Positions 8,028 through 17,150 of a DNA stretch of 21,150 nucleotides are shown here, piece after piece; the stretch's first letter is position 1; the number at the start of each line of letters is the position of its first letter. This DNA is from a virus. Its lineage: Duplodnaviria; Heunggongvirae; Uroviricota; Caudoviricetes. Where the stretch lies: IMG/VR virus record IMGVR_UViG_2778261446_000001. One strand, written 5' to 3'. Position numbers and translations under genes: made by a program. The notes beneath the pieces were generated by a model. The model was given only the letters and a program-made list of their open reading frames with translations. It had not been told where the DNA came from and did not search any database.

Positions 8028-8657
8028 TATCCTCTCTCCATTTCTCAATGCGCCGCTGGTTATCCGCTTTTACCGCCAGGTGGTCATTCAAGAGAGCAAT
8101 GTCGTACAAATCGACAGAGCCATCTTTAAGTGCTGTATAAGGAATTAACCCGGCGTCAACCGGATTGAGAAGGTAGGACAGCCCGTCCGGCAGGCTGTTA
8201 AACGTCAGCCCTGTTGCAGGCTCTGCGTCGTGCTGGTAAGGGGTGTAGGCAAAAAATTTCCCAGCGAATCGGCGACCACCCGCGCCACCAGATGCAGCAT
8301 GACCAGCAAGTCAATATCATCAAACATCAGTTCGCCCTGGGTAAATACCGGAACCCATCCGTCCATATGACGCCGCGATACCACCGCAAGACAGGGATGA
8401 ATAATCGCACTGGTGTCATCTTCGGTCAGGGAAGACAGTTCCTCAGCGATACGCGGGAGCATGGTTTCAAACACCGGTTTTAACTGCTCGAATTTCACGG
8501 TGTCGATTTTGCCATCAGCAGGCAAACGGGAGCGAATGCTCCCGAAATCTGACATCATTCCTGCCAGCACCGGCAGAAGTTTGCGGGTCACTTTCAGCTG
8601 ATCAAAAACGCTGAGTTTTGCCGCGCGATATTTCACGCCTTTGATTTCGAATTCCAT
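8017..8657 (-). CDS. Tail assembly chaperone, -1 frameshifted long form (gpGT-like fusion)
   Basis: The zero frame ends at 8205. The -1 frame is open from the slippery tract (minus-strand A-AAT-TTT-TTG, plus coordinates 8250-8259) for 86 codons to a TGA at 8019..8017, just inside the tape measure start. Translated by hand (...FFAYTPYQHDAEPATGLTFNSLPDGLSY...IEKWREDNER*). There is no start codon in this frame, which is why it is missing from the ORF track. Confidence 0.5.
8205..8657 (-). CDS. Tail assembly chaperone (short form)
   Basis: 150-aa ORF with ATG at 8657 and GGGGAG about 10 nt upstream. Sits between the tube and tape measure genes, and is acidic, as tail chaperones typically are. 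Confidence 0.6.
   Translation of the reverse strand: MEFEIKGVKYRAAKLSVFDQLKVTRKLLPVLAGMMSDFGSIRSRLPADGKIDTVKFEQLKPVFETMLPRIAEELSSLTEDDTSAIIHPCLAVVSRRHMDGWVPVFTQGELMFDDIDLLVMLHLVARVVADSLGNFLPTPLTSTTQSLQQG
8250..8259 (-). other. Candidate -1 ribosomal slippery site in the chaperone gene
   Basis: Minus-strand sequence gga-aat-ttt-ttg contains the overlapping heptamers A_AAT_TTT and T_TTT_TTG. The -1 frame downstream of it is open to the tape measure start. Confidence 0.45.
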
Positions 8658-8660
8658 GTA

Positions 8661-9101
8661 TTAAAACTCCCCGAGAACCTGGTCAATCTTGCCGCAGTCA
8701 AACACCCACGGCATCGTATTACCGGTTTTAGCGTTGGCATTATCCGGTTGTTTCTGGAACGCAACACTACGTGCCGTGATGATGTCGCCGCTGACCTTGT
8801 TTCGGATCACAATAACGTTATTCCCCCATGTGGCAGAAGACTGGCTCTGTGCGTTATACGCCAGCGACAATTTTTTATTTGTCGGTGATGTCTTCAGAAG
8901 GTTAACGGTAATCGTCCCGCTTTTATCTGCATGGAGACTGTGCATCACTTCGCCATCAGAACCGATGGTCATGGTGTTTTTAGGACCGCCCATCGCAACC
9001 ACAATCCCCTCTTCAGAACTTGCAGAACCGTACCCGAGGTCAATCGAACCGGTCGGCCCGGTCAGCGTCGCAGTGACATCCATAAAAGAATAGGTAGACA
9101 T
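8661..9101 (-). CDS. Tail tube protein
   Basis: 146-aa ORF with ATG at 9101 and AAGGGGAAG upstream. Immediately downstream of the sheath gene and upstream of the chaperone; size is typical of myovirus tube proteins. Confidence 0.6.
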   Translation of the reverse strand: MSTYSFMDVTATLTGPTGSIDLGYGSASSEEGIVVAMGGPKNTMTIGSDGEVMHSLHADKSGTITVNLLKTSPTNKKLSLAYNAQSQSSATWGNNVIVIRNKVSGDIITARSVAFQKQPDNANAKTGNTMPWVFDCGKIDQVLGEF

Positions 9102-9111
9102 TCACTTCCCC

Positions 9112-10257
9112 TTAGCGAACAACGTTAATCTGTACGTCAGCGTAATGAACCGCGCCTGCAAGTTTTATTGCAGCCTGAATCACCGGAGCCTTACGGGCTT
9201 CACGTTCTGATTGTGCCTGTTCATCCAGCGGCTGGGCGTATACGTAATAACCTTTGGGCAGTGTGTCACCTGATGACAACTGACCAAGGTCGCCCCCGTT
9301 CCATACGCCCGGAGCAATCAGTCCATTCTGAACGGCCTGATCCAGTGATTTTTCAACATTTGATAACAGTCGGGTAATACCGGCTTCAGTCTGGGGAACT
9401 TTCGTGGTGCTGGTATAAAGCAGGTTATAGAGGTTGGTCTGCACATAATTCTGTAACCAGTCCAGGCCGTGGCGTTCATCAAAGAAATCGCCGTTAGCCA
9501 TCACTCCCTGCTGGAGGATAGCTGTATCATTCTGGTAGTACACGAACACATTGCAGTTTTTTGCATCAAGTGCCGATGCCTGGCTGACTGTCAGTGTTTC
9601 ATACCCGACACCCGGCTCCTGCTTAAACTTGAGCGTAATCGCGGTATTACTGCCATTGAAATTAACCGTGAATGCCCGGCCAAATGCAGATAACGCAGCG
9701 TATTTATTACCCGATGAATATTGAATAAAACTGCGTGAATATCCGGCGGTTTTCAGTTTTGATGCCAAATCATCGCTGGATGCAGTCTGCAGGCATTTCT
9801 CATCGCTTGTCGTAATCGCCAGAATACGGCTTACAGAAGAGGATTCGATCGCCGCAGCCACTTTCAGCCAGTCTGCATCCGGAATATCTTCATCGTCTGC
9901 AATCCCCAGCCCATACCATGAAGTATAATCGAGCATGGCATTCACAGCCTGCTCCAGCGTCTCAGGCGTGGCCTGTTCGCTGTCTCCCTTCGTTTTCACC
10001 CAACGACCAACAAAAACCTCCTGAGGTTTCGGTGATTGAGAGAAAAACACCTGCGCAGCCTTATATTCTGGTGATTCCACGCCAAAATCTTTTCCAATAT
10101 CTTCCGCGGCAGAATAACGGCGAATGCGCTCACTTACCGGAATGATTGTGGACGGGCCGAGAATGAGTAATGCACCAAAATTTCGCCCTGATGCTGCACG
10201 CGGCGACATGATCACATCAACATTAACAACGTTTGATACAGGCAAGCCCTGTGCCAT
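9112..10257 (-). CDS. Contractile tail sheath protein (DUF3383-like from memory)
   Basis: 381-aa ORF with ATG at 10257 and GGAG about 10 nt upstream. It is the first gene of the sheath-tube-chaperone-tape measure block; size and order are typical of short sheath proteins. Confidence 0.7.
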   Translation of the reverse strand: MAQGLPVSNVVNVDVIMSPRAASGRNFGALLILGPSTIIPVSERIRRYSAAEDIGKDFGVESPEYKAAQVFFSQSPKPQEVFVGRWVKTKGDSEQATPETLEQAVNAMLDYTSWYGLGIADDEDIPDADWLKVAAAIESSSVSRILAITTSDEKCLQTASSDDLASKLKTAGYSRSFIQYSSGNKYAALSAFGRAFTVNFNGSNTAITLKFKQEPGVGYETLTVSQASALDAKNCNVFVYYQNDTAILQQGVMANGDFFDERHGLDWLQNYVQTNLYNLLYTSTTKVPQTEAGITRLLSNVEKSLDQAVQNGLIAPGVWNGGDLGQLSSGDTLPKGYYVYAQPLDEQAQSEREARKAPVIQAAIKLAGAVHYADVQINVVR

Positions 10258-10260
10258 AGC

Positions 10261-10824
10261 TTAATCTCCGAAAAAGATGACTGGTGCTTCCACCAGCGAT
10301 TTAATACCGTACTCGCGCACAATCTTCCGGCGCAGACGCACCGTCATATCGTAGCGGCGGACCCATTGCTGATTAATAAGTTCAGGGAAGGGAGTCAGAC
10401 CTGTGTAATCGCCAAGAGACAGCCCCAGCGCATTCAGTGCTGCGTTGTTCTGCGGTACAGATATACCGTCACGAAACCGGGACGCATACACCATCCCCGC
10501 CGGACCATAAAACGAAGCCATACACTCAATCGTTTCATGCCGCCAGAGCTGAGAGCCATCATCGGTCTGTCTGGTGAATGCCGGACTGTCATCACCTGAC
10601 CATCCGATAACCCCAAACGCACACCAGTTCGTTTCAGCCGGTAGCAGTGGCGGTTGCTCTTTCTGCCAGCGCGGACGAACCATCCCGGCAGACAGACCGG
10701 AAACGTTACGCATCCACTGGCTTAACAGCCTGTCGAGCGCTTCGTCATAATCCGGATCGCCACTGGTTGGTATTAACCATCCGCGCTCTGTACTGGTGTT
10801 ATTGCTCAACCGGAGTTCCCCCAT
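10261..10824 (-). CDS. Hypothetical virion protein (possible tail terminator / neck)
   Basis: The track ORF starts at TTG 10827; an ATG follows at 10824. Lies between the head-completion genes and the sheath gene and overlaps the upstream gene by about 26 nt. No recognisable family. Confidence 0.35.
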   Translation of the reverse strand: MGELRLSNNTSTERGWLIPTSGDPDYDEALDRLLSQWMRNVSGLSAGMVRPRWQKEQPPLLPAETNWCAFGVIGWSGDDSPAFTRQTDDGSQLWRHETIECMASFYGPAGMVYASRFRDGISVPQNNAALNALGLSLGDYTGLTPFPELINQQWVRRYDMTVRLRRKIVREYGIKSLVEAPVIFFGD

Positions 10825-11188
10825 CAAACGGCATCAACTCACAATGCGCCTGAACGAATCCGGCCCCATAAGCTGTATACGGGTCGACGAAGGTCACACG
10901 ATAATCACGGCCCTGATACGTCACGATATCGGCATCACGCCCAGTCTGTCCCTGCGTCAGTCGCTCAGTCGTCACAATCAGAATTGCACCGCTGATTACC
11001 TGCCCTGCCTGCATACGGCGGTTTTCCAGAGAGCGATCAACAGTTACGACTCCGGCAAACTGCTTTTTAACTTCACTGTCGCTACCGATCCCGTCCTCAT
11101 CCACCGTTTGCACACGCCGTGTTACCCACAAATTGAAGTCGCAAAAATCGGGGTCAAAAAGCACATCTGTTACATCAAGAGTCGGCAT
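10799..11188 (-). CDS. Hypothetical virion protein (possible tail completion)
   Basis: 129-aa ORF with ATG at 11188 and GAGGA 8 nt upstream. Located in the head-tail joining region. Confidence 0.4.
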   Translation of the reverse strand: MPTLDVTDVLFDPDFCDFNLWVTRRVQTVDEDGIGSDSEVKKQFAGVVTVDRSLENRRMQAGQVISGAILIVTTERLTQGQTGRDADIVTYQGRDYRVTFVDPYTAYGAGFVQAHCELMPFDGGTPVEQ

Positions 11189-11729
11189 CTTTATTCCTCA
11201 CAACATGGGTAATGGCTCTGCGATATTGCCCGGTGTCGATTAGCGGTTTCACCAGATCGGTTCCGGGGGACTCGCCAGCAGCGCGTCGGGCAAGCTCCGC
11301 TTTCGCCCCTTTACGCCCTCGACGCGCGCGGGCTTCAACGGTGCTATCAGCAAGCGGTGTAAAGCCGGTAATAGTCATGTAACGCCTGACGCCATTAGCG
11401 GCCAGCGTTCCGGCACGGTTGAGCGCTCTTTCCGCACCCGCCGCATTACCATCAAGCGCAGCCTGCGCCGCTGCTTTGAGCTGCGGCACTGTCTGTTCTT
11501 CTACCGATTTAACGCCGGGGACCAGGTGAGGTCGTAGCGGGATGTTTTGCGCCGGTGAGCCGTATTCGTTGAGGTAACCGATCCCGGCATTACCAAACGG
11601 AACATCCTCACGCTCGCTGTCTGCTTCCGGGATACCCACCAGCACTTCTTTTTTATTGATGGATTTGAGCGCATCCAGAATGGCCTGAGCGTTATCCACC
11701 CTCGTTGTTACACCGCTTTTGAAACTCAT
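11175..11729 (-). CDS. Putative head closure / neck protein
   Basis: 184-aa ORF with ATG at 11729 overlapping the upstream stop (ATGA). Position is in the connector gene block after the capsid gene. Confidence 0.4.
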   Translation of the reverse strand: MSFKSGVTTRVDNAQAILDALKSINKKEVLVGIPEADSEREDVPFGNAGIGYLNEYGSPAQNIPLRPHLVPGVKSVEEQTVPQLKAAAQAALDGNAAGAERALNRAGTLAANGVRRYMTITGFTPLADSTVEARARRGRKGAKAELARRAAGESPGTDLVKPLIDTGQYRRAITHVVRNKDADS

Positions 11730-12133
11730 AGCTGGCGACCACCTGCACCGAACATCGTGATCAACTGATAAAATTCAGCGCCATATCGGGTGTTATTCCA
11801 GAAGCCTGCGTCAGGGTTTAGCGTCGCGCTGGTGTCATAGCTGACGCTTACCTTGTCAACGGACTTGGAGGATTGAACACCATTGGTTGAACCGCCCGGG
11901 CCGCCAACCAGCATTGCCCGACTATCTGCCGCCCATAGCGTCATGTAGTGAGCCACGAACAACTCGGCAAAGTACGGAAACAACTTTTTTCCGGTGACGT
12001 TTTCGCTCAGCAGTTCATCGGCCAGATTCAGACGAAACTGGATTTGCGCTTCGGGATATTTGGCAGGGTCAGCAAACTGCGGGAAGTCGCGGCGAAAATC
12101 ACTTACCGCTGGCAGACTTTGATTCTTTGGCAT
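11726..12133 (-). CDS. Putative head-tail connector protein (DUF4054-like from memory)
   Basis: 135-aa ORF with ATG at 12133 and GAGG 8 nt upstream. Its start overlaps the 3' end of the preceding small gene by 35 nt. Confidence 0.45.
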   Translation of the reverse strand: MPKNQSLPAVSDFRRDFPQFADPAKYPEAQIQFRLNLADELLSENVTGKKLFPYFAELFVAHYMTLWAADSRAMLVGGPGGSTNGVQSSKSVDKVSVSYDTSATLNPDAGFWNNTRYGAEFYQLITMFGAGGRQL

Positions 12134-12320
12134 TTTTTACCTCGTTACGCGCGTCTGTGGCTTTGCCAACGGATACCTCCGCGTGCGCACGAGTGAACCA
12201 GTGCGTGGCAACTTCTTCCTCCACAGCATGACGGCCTTTAACAAACTCGCGCCGTGAACCGTCGGGAAGCGTGAGCACAAACGGGGTATGTACGTGTATT
12301 ACTGCATTATTTTTTGCCAT
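12099..12320 (-). CDS. Small hypothetical protein downstream of major capsid gene
   Basis: 73-aa ORF with ATG at 12320 and AAGGA 8 nt upstream. Follows the hairpin after the capsid gene. Confidence 0.4.
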   Translation of the reverse strand: MAKNNAVIHVHTPFVLTLPDGSRREFVKGRHAVEEEVATHWFTRAHAEVSVGKATDARNEVKNAKESKSASGK

Positions 12321-12333
12321 CGGGTCATCCTTA

Positions 12334-12355
12334 ATGGCCCCCGCCAGGGGGCCAT
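12334..12355 (-). promoter_or_regulatory. GC-rich hairpin immediately downstream of major capsid gene
   Basis: Perfect inverted repeat AATGGCCCCC-GCCA-GGGGGCCATT (9-bp stem, 4-nt loop) located 8 nt after the capsid stop codon. No U-tract follows on the coding strand, so it is not a canonical intrinsic terminator. Confidence 0.5.
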
Positions 12356-12362
12356 GTGGCTG

Positions 12363-13304
12363 TTAAATGCCATCAACGTACGAAATGGTTTCTTTGTACA
12401 CTGGCTCAACCGCACCCAGCTTGCCGTAGTAGGTCGCAATCTGATACAGACCACGATACTGGATAGGAACGCTCTGCAACGGCACCAGCGGATAGCGCAC
12501 GTATTTCTTGTCGTTGGTGTACGCAACCATGCGATCCTTATCCCCCACACCACGGCCTTTCAGCCATTTAACCGCGCGGATATTCAGCGGAACACCGTTC
12601 TGGTGATAGCTGATGGTGTTGGTCTGAAGATACGTCAACAGGGACTGGTTCCCCGCAGATGAAACGATGATGCTGGACAACAGAGCAAACTGCTCAGGCG
12701 GGATCAGCAAATCACGCGGAACCACAGAGTAACCAGAAGCGGCCCACGCATCAGACAGCACCTGGTTAATGCTTGCGCGGATTTCGTCCGGTGTTGAGGT
12801 TGCCCACGTTTTGGCAGCGTTGTTGACAGGAACACCGTTCAGGGTAACAAGACCTTTCAGGTTTAATGCGGAATCGCCAACATACACCTGTTCATCGTTA
12901 TCCATCTGCCATTTCAGTTGCATCCCGTCATACTTCTGCGTATCAATCGGGCGTCCGACCTGCTGAGCAGCCTGCAATTCTATGACCGTCCAGCCAAGCT
13001 CCATCCCCCACAGGTTCAGCGGGTTACCGGATTTGCCGATATCCACGTTTACGCCAGCAATAGCGGTTGAGTCTTTGCCTACCCAGTTTTTGCCATTCGG
13101 ATTTGCGCCAGTACCCGCAGCGGCGAAGCTGGTATTCGTCCAGCTGGAAATGTCATCTGCGATAGAGACATCTTCACGCAACTGAATATCGCGGGTCCAT
13201 GTGTACCCCACCAGTGGCAGGTTCAGAGTCTGGTCGAGTCGCTCCAGCTCTCCGATGAGAAAGGCACCAGAGCTGTCAACGGTTGCCTGATCAAAAGTAA
13301 TCAT
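12363..13304 (-). CDS. Major capsid protein (HK97-fold; DUF2184 / encapsulin-like from memory)
   Basis: 313-aa ORF with ATG at 13304 and AAGGA 9 nt upstream. It is the largest head gene after the scaffold-like gene and is followed by a strong hairpin, as expected for a highly expressed capsid gene. Confidence 0.65.
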   Translation of the reverse strand: MITFDQATVDSSGAFLIGELERLDQTLNLPLVGYTWTRDIQLREDVSIADDISSWTNTSFAAAGTGANPNGKNWVGKDSTAIAGVNVDIGKSGNPLNLWGMELGWTVIELQAAQQVGRPIDTQKYDGMQLKWQMDNDEQVYVGDSALNLKGLVTLNGVPVNNAAKTWATSTPDEIRASINQVLSDAWAASGYSVVPRDLLIPPEQFALLSSIIVSSAGNQSLLTYLQTNTISYHQNGVPLNIRAVKWLKGRGVGDKDRMVAYTNDKKYVRYPLVPLQSVPIQYRGLYQIATYYGKLGAVEPVYKETISYVDGI

Positions 13305-13315
13305 TCGTCTGTTCC

Positions 13316-13819
13316 TTAAATCTTCCAGGAAATTTCTGCATTGCCGTTAGCATCACCGGCACCTGTGAATTCAGCGTTGGTCAGCACCACGTTTTTGCCA
13401 CTGACTGACGTGGCCATGAATCCACCCAGCGGCACTTTGATGGATCCATCAGTGGAGACGACAACGTATACCGGGTCGCCTTTTTTGATGGTGCTGGCAT
13501 CAAAATCAGAACCGAGATTAACGGTCACGTAGCCACGCTTCATTGCGTCGCCCGGGAAGTTCTTGCCACTCCCCACCTGGCGAACCATGTCCGGCTGCGA
13601 TGTGGTCGGATAAGGGCGCACATAGATCCCCTTCACCTTGTCTGCGGTATCACCATCTGCCAGCGGTACGAAAAAACCGTCAGCATCGTATTTACCAGCC
13701 AGCCCATAGGCAGCAAAGGCGTTATCGGATTTAAGGACCACCGGTTCGACGGTTAAGTCCTGCGGGCGAGAGATAGCCCCGGCAATGCCAACAGGCATCC
13801 GGTACAGATATGCAGTCAT
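13316..13819 (-). CDS. Putative head accessory / decoration protein
   Basis: 167-aa ORF with ATG at 13819 and AAGGA 8 nt upstream. Lies between the scaffold-like gene and the major capsid gene. Function assigned from position only. Confidence 0.35.
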   Translation of the reverse strand: MTAYLYRMPVGIAGAISRPQDLTVEPVVLKSDNAFAAYGLAGKYDADGFFVPLADGDTADKVKGIYVRPYPTTSQPDMVRQVGSGKNFPGDAMKRGYVTVNLGSDFDASTIKKGDPVYVVVSTDGSIKVPLGGFMATSVSGKNVVLTNAEFTGAGDANGNAEISWKI

Positions 13820-13823
13820 TGGA

Positions 13824-15044
13824 TTATCCTTTGCGGTTAGACCAGAATTCGGCGTTTTGTTTGTTCAGGGAAGCGATGCTGGTCATGCCCATATTTTGGC
13901 GTTGTGCATCGCCCATGGTGGTACGGGTGTTTCGCCCTTTGGCAATCTCTGACACGGCATTAAACGCCATGTTGACCGATTGTTTCGGTAATTTGCGGAT
14001 ATCCGCATCACCGACTATCTGGCGAACCAGCGTTTTGTCAGCAGAAGCCAGAACCTCGCGTTTGAACGCGGTCGGTTTCATCTTACGGCTCAGATCGATA
14101 CCCGGAACGATAACTTCGGCACGCCAGGCTGAGTCACCAGTAATCGTGGTTTCCTCTTCATCGTCCTCGCCGTCACCGGTCGGATTATCGTCAGGCTTAT
14201 TGTCGTTATCGCCCGTCGCATTTCCTTCCAGCTTAGCCAGCAGGGCTTTCAGTAATGTTTTGAGGTCATCATCACTGTCGCCGGTTGGATCTCCACCCAT
14301 CTCTGGTGCTTTGTCCGGTAGTGGTTGCTGCGGGGACAGGTTGATGTTGAGATTAACGCCCTGCGGCAAATCCCCCTCATCTCCTGTAACCGATGCGGGA
14401 GCCGACTCCACCAGTTCGTTCATGGTGTCGGCATCTCCTGTCTTGATGGCTGCACGCATGCGGTTCCACCAGTTTTTCTTTTGATTTGCCATTGTGTCTC
14501 TGTCTCCAATTGCACAACGATTTCCGGCTCTGCCTTTGGGGACAAGAGCCACATGGTTTCCGGTAATATCGACCTGCTCGGCTTTACCTGGCTCGGTCTG
14601 CTCGTACTCCGCGTCATAGCCGCACGACACTTCACGCAGGCCATCTTCGATAAGCTGAATGGCGTTTTCGTCTTTGACGATAAGGTCAGCCAGCATCAAA
14701 TCAGACTGCTCACCCGTCCCGCGCCGGACATTCTGGAGGTGCCCGACAGCAAGCTCTTTCCAGTTCTCGGGATTTACCAGCCGCACATTCCCGTTTTCAT
14801 CTTCAGGATGCAGGATCGTGATGCTCATCCCTTCGAATGAGGCGAGCGTGGCCGGATGGAATACCTGCTCAGGAGAACGCGTTACGACTATCTCACCGAG
14901 CTTGTCGGGTTTGAGGTTTGGCAGATCGGCAGCGCCGTAGAGCTGCTTACCCGTTCGACCTATCGGCACGTCTTTGCACAGCAGCGAGCCGTCAGCCAGC
15001 TGATAGCGGGTTTCCCCCAGCCTGGTATTGAAAAAATATTTCAT
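13824..15044 (-). CDS. Putative head scaffolding / prohead maturation protein (DUF2213-like from memory)
   Basis: 406-aa ORF with ATG at 15044. Contains a long acidic low-complexity tract (GDSDDD...GDNDNKPDDNPTGDGEDDEEETT), typical of scaffold proteins. Located between the MuF-like gene and the capsid genes. Confidence 0.5.
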   Translation of the reverse strand: MKYFFNTRLGETRYQLADGSLLCKDVPIGRTGKQLYGAADLPNLKPDKLGEIVVTRSPEQVFHPATLASFEGMSITILHPEDENGNVRLVNPENWKELAVGHLQNVRRGTGEQSDLMLADLIVKDENAIQLIEDGLREVSCGYDAEYEQTEPGKAEQVDITGNHVALVPKGRAGNRCAIGDRDTMANQKKNWWNRMRAAIKTGDADTMNELVESAPASVTGDEGDLPQGVNLNINLSPQQPLPDKAPEMGGDPTGDSDDDLKTLLKALLAKLEGNATGDNDNKPDDNPTGDGEDDEEETTITGDSAWRAEVIVPGIDLSRKMKPTAFKREVLASADKTLVRQIVGDADIRKLPKQSVNMAFNAVSEIAKGRNTRTTMGDAQRQNMGMTSIASLNKQNAEFWSNRKG

Positions 15045-15058
15045 GGTTTACCTGCGAT

Positions 15059-15832
15059 TCAGGCGAGATAAGAATGAGGGTTGGGAAAAACGATTTCTTT
15101 ATAACAGCGACAATTCGGGAGCTCGCCAGCGTGACCGGTCATGCCATCAAGCGTTGGAGGTTTGCCCCATTCGACAAACTTACCTTCCATCTCCCGATGA
15201 GAATGCCGGACGTCGCCATCTTCGGCTGTACGCCAGATATAACCATTCGAGCCGATTGACAGCGCACGCGCCTGATCCAGCGCGCCGGTTGCACGTCCAA
15301 GCTCGGTACGGGCGATAAGGTTCGCTCGTGAGCGTGACACGTCACCGGACGCTGCTATCTCTTTCGCGAATGGTTCAGCGCGGCCACCAGACACAACGGC
15401 CTCGATGGCCTTGTTCTGAATGTCATACACCCGATCGGCGGCCTCAAGAGGCAGTGACTTGATGTACTTAATTTGCTCGGCGACGATGGATTTCATCACC
15501 TGGCCTACCGGGGCGCGGTCGACCATGTTGCGCAGCTCTGAACTGATGTTCCGGCTGTGTTGACGCCACTGCTTTTCATTCTGGCGCGCTATGTCTGCGG
15601 TGAAGTTCTCAGCTACCTTCGTCGCCCAGGGGGTGATGATTTCACTGTAGCGTTCCAGCGCCTCAATAATTTCCGTGATACTGTCATTTGAACCATCGTA
15701 GCGACCATTTACGATGTCCCCGACCGCCCGCGCTATCTGCCGTAGGCTCGTTCGATATCGGATCTCCGCCTGGCGACTCTGGCGGTTTGTCGCCAAGTTC
15801 GCCGATGCCTGGCGGCGCTTCGTCTTCGGCAT
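15059..15832 (-). CDS. Head morphogenesis protein (Mu F / SPP1 gp7-like)
   Basis: 257-aa ORF with ATG at 15832 and GAGGA 10 nt upstream. Position directly after the portal gene is characteristic. The start overlaps the portal 3' end by 149 nt, so the true start is uncertain. Confidence 0.6.
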   Translation of the reverse strand: MPKTKRRQASANLATNRQSRQAEIRYRTSLRQIARAVGDIVNGRYDGSNDSITEIIEALERYSEIITPWATKVAENFTADIARQNEKQWRQHSRNISSELRNMVDRAPVGQVMKSIVAEQIKYIKSLPLEAADRVYDIQNKAIEAVVSGGRAEPFAKEIAASGDVSRSRANLIARTELGRATGALDQARALSIGSNGYIWRTAEDGDVRHSHREMEGKFVEWGKPPTLDGMTGHAGELPNCRCYKEIVFPNPHSYLA

Positions 15833-17150
15833 TCTCTATGTCCTCGTCGGTAATGGATGCCCCGATGCCGGTTACGTCAGAATTTTCGCGCAAATCGGTC
15901 ATAGCGGCTTTCAGTGTCATCAGACCATCACCCAGCGCCGTACTGATTGCGTTGGTGGTGTTTACGGCCACCGTTGAGCGGTCAACGTCAGACATTTGCC
16001 ATAGGGGGTTAAACTCAAACGTGAAATCGTCCGGCAGCGGCTTACCGAGTTCCGAGCGGTGCATAATGTCCAGTATCCGGCGTATCGGCAGCCGTAAGCG
16101 GCGCTCCTGCAATGAGCTCACCCGGTCGTAATAGTTGGCGAGGTCTGCGTCACCAGTAGAGAAGCCTTTCGGGGATTGACCGAACAGTCGCACCAGCGGG
16201 ATACCAACGGCACCGCTGATCTGCTCAGCGAACTGCGAAAGAATGTCATCCAGACCGCTGAAGCTGTACTGGTGGGTTTCGAACTTATCCCGCGAGTCCA
16301 TGAGCGTCATGCCTTCATTGCTCTGGAACTGGCGGATCAGGTCGATGTTCTTCAGCAGCGCCTCGAACGCCGGGCCGCCAAGCGCGATAAGCTCGCGCAG
16401 CTTCTCCACGCTGTAGGTACGCAGATGTGCTTTGTAGACCAGCTGCGCCGCGCCGACAGTGGCGCTGTCGAACGCAGTAAGCCGATCCCAGATACGCTCT
16501 ACAACCGACATTCCCCATTCGTTTTCGGTCATCTTCTGCTGGAATGGCAGCGTCACCCCGTCGAAGCGAATCAGGCGACTGTGATGGATGCGCCAGGCTG
16601 GAATGCCCGTGGCAGTGGTCACCACATCGTAAAACTCAGGTTTGCCGAGATCTGGCCCCATCTCTTTAATGCGGCGGGTCAGCACCGGGTTAATCATCCA
16701 GCGGTCGAGCGGGAGAATGCCCTTAAACTTGCCTTCTCCAATGGTTTCGAGCCGCAGCGGGGTCATTGGTGCCTGCCCCTCAATCATGATGAAGCCAACC
16801 GCACCGCCATAGAGACGCGACCATTTCAGCACGTCATTCAGCGCATCCCAGATTTGCAACTCATCCAGTTGTGATTCGAGAATGCCGCGATCTTTTGCAT
16901 CAATTTCCGAAGTGATGCGAATGCCTTTGCGGGTCATATCATCCGGGATAGCGTCGACCGCTTCTCCGATAATCCAGGACGAACGATAGGACCATTCCAC
17001 CAGCATGCGGTTACGACTGGTGAAATTAGCCCGATAGGTGGATGCTGAGTGCTGGTTAGGTGTCTGCATCCCCACGCGGGCAACAAAGTTCTCATAGCCA
17101 TCAGCGGTGGCCTGTGCCGTTCGCCGCGTGGCTTGTTTGTTTCGTGCCAT
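15684..17150 (-). CDS. Portal protein (DUF1073-like from memory)
   Basis: 488-aa ORF with ATG at 17150 overlapping the large-terminase stop (ATGA). Directly downstream of the large terminase. The C-terminus is acidic and low-complexity. Confidence 0.75.
   Translation of the reverse strand: MARNKQATRRTAQATADGYENFVARVGMQTPNQHSASTYRANFTSRNRMLVEWSYRSSWIIGEAVDAIPDDMTRKGIRITSEIDAKDRGILESQLDELQIWDALNDVLKWSRLYGGAVGFIMIEGQAPMTPLRLETIGEGKFKGILPLDRWMINPVLTRRIKEMGPDLGKPEFYDVVTTATGIPAWRIHHSRLIRFDGVTLPFQQKMTENEWGMSVVERIWDRLTAFDSATVGAAQLVYKAHLRTYSVEKLRELIALGGPAFEALLKNIDLIRQFQSNEGMTLMDSRDKFETHQYSFSGLDDILSQFAEQISGAVGIPLVRLFGQSPKGFSTGDADLANYYDRVSSLQERRLRLPIRRILDIMHRSELGKPLPDDFTFEFNPLWQMSDVDRSTVAVNTTNAISTALGDGLMTLKAAMTDLRENSDVTGIGASITDEDIENAEDEAPPGIGELGDKPPESPGGDPISNEPTADSAGGRGHRKWSLRWFK

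Noticed and set aside
8028-8048. TTG at 8048 as the tape measure start (the track start).
   Set aside because: The ATG at 8027 is preceded by a strong GGAGAGAGG Shine-Dalgarno. The TTG lies inside the frameshift-extension reading frame with no ribosome-binding site. The choice changes the protein by only 7 residues.
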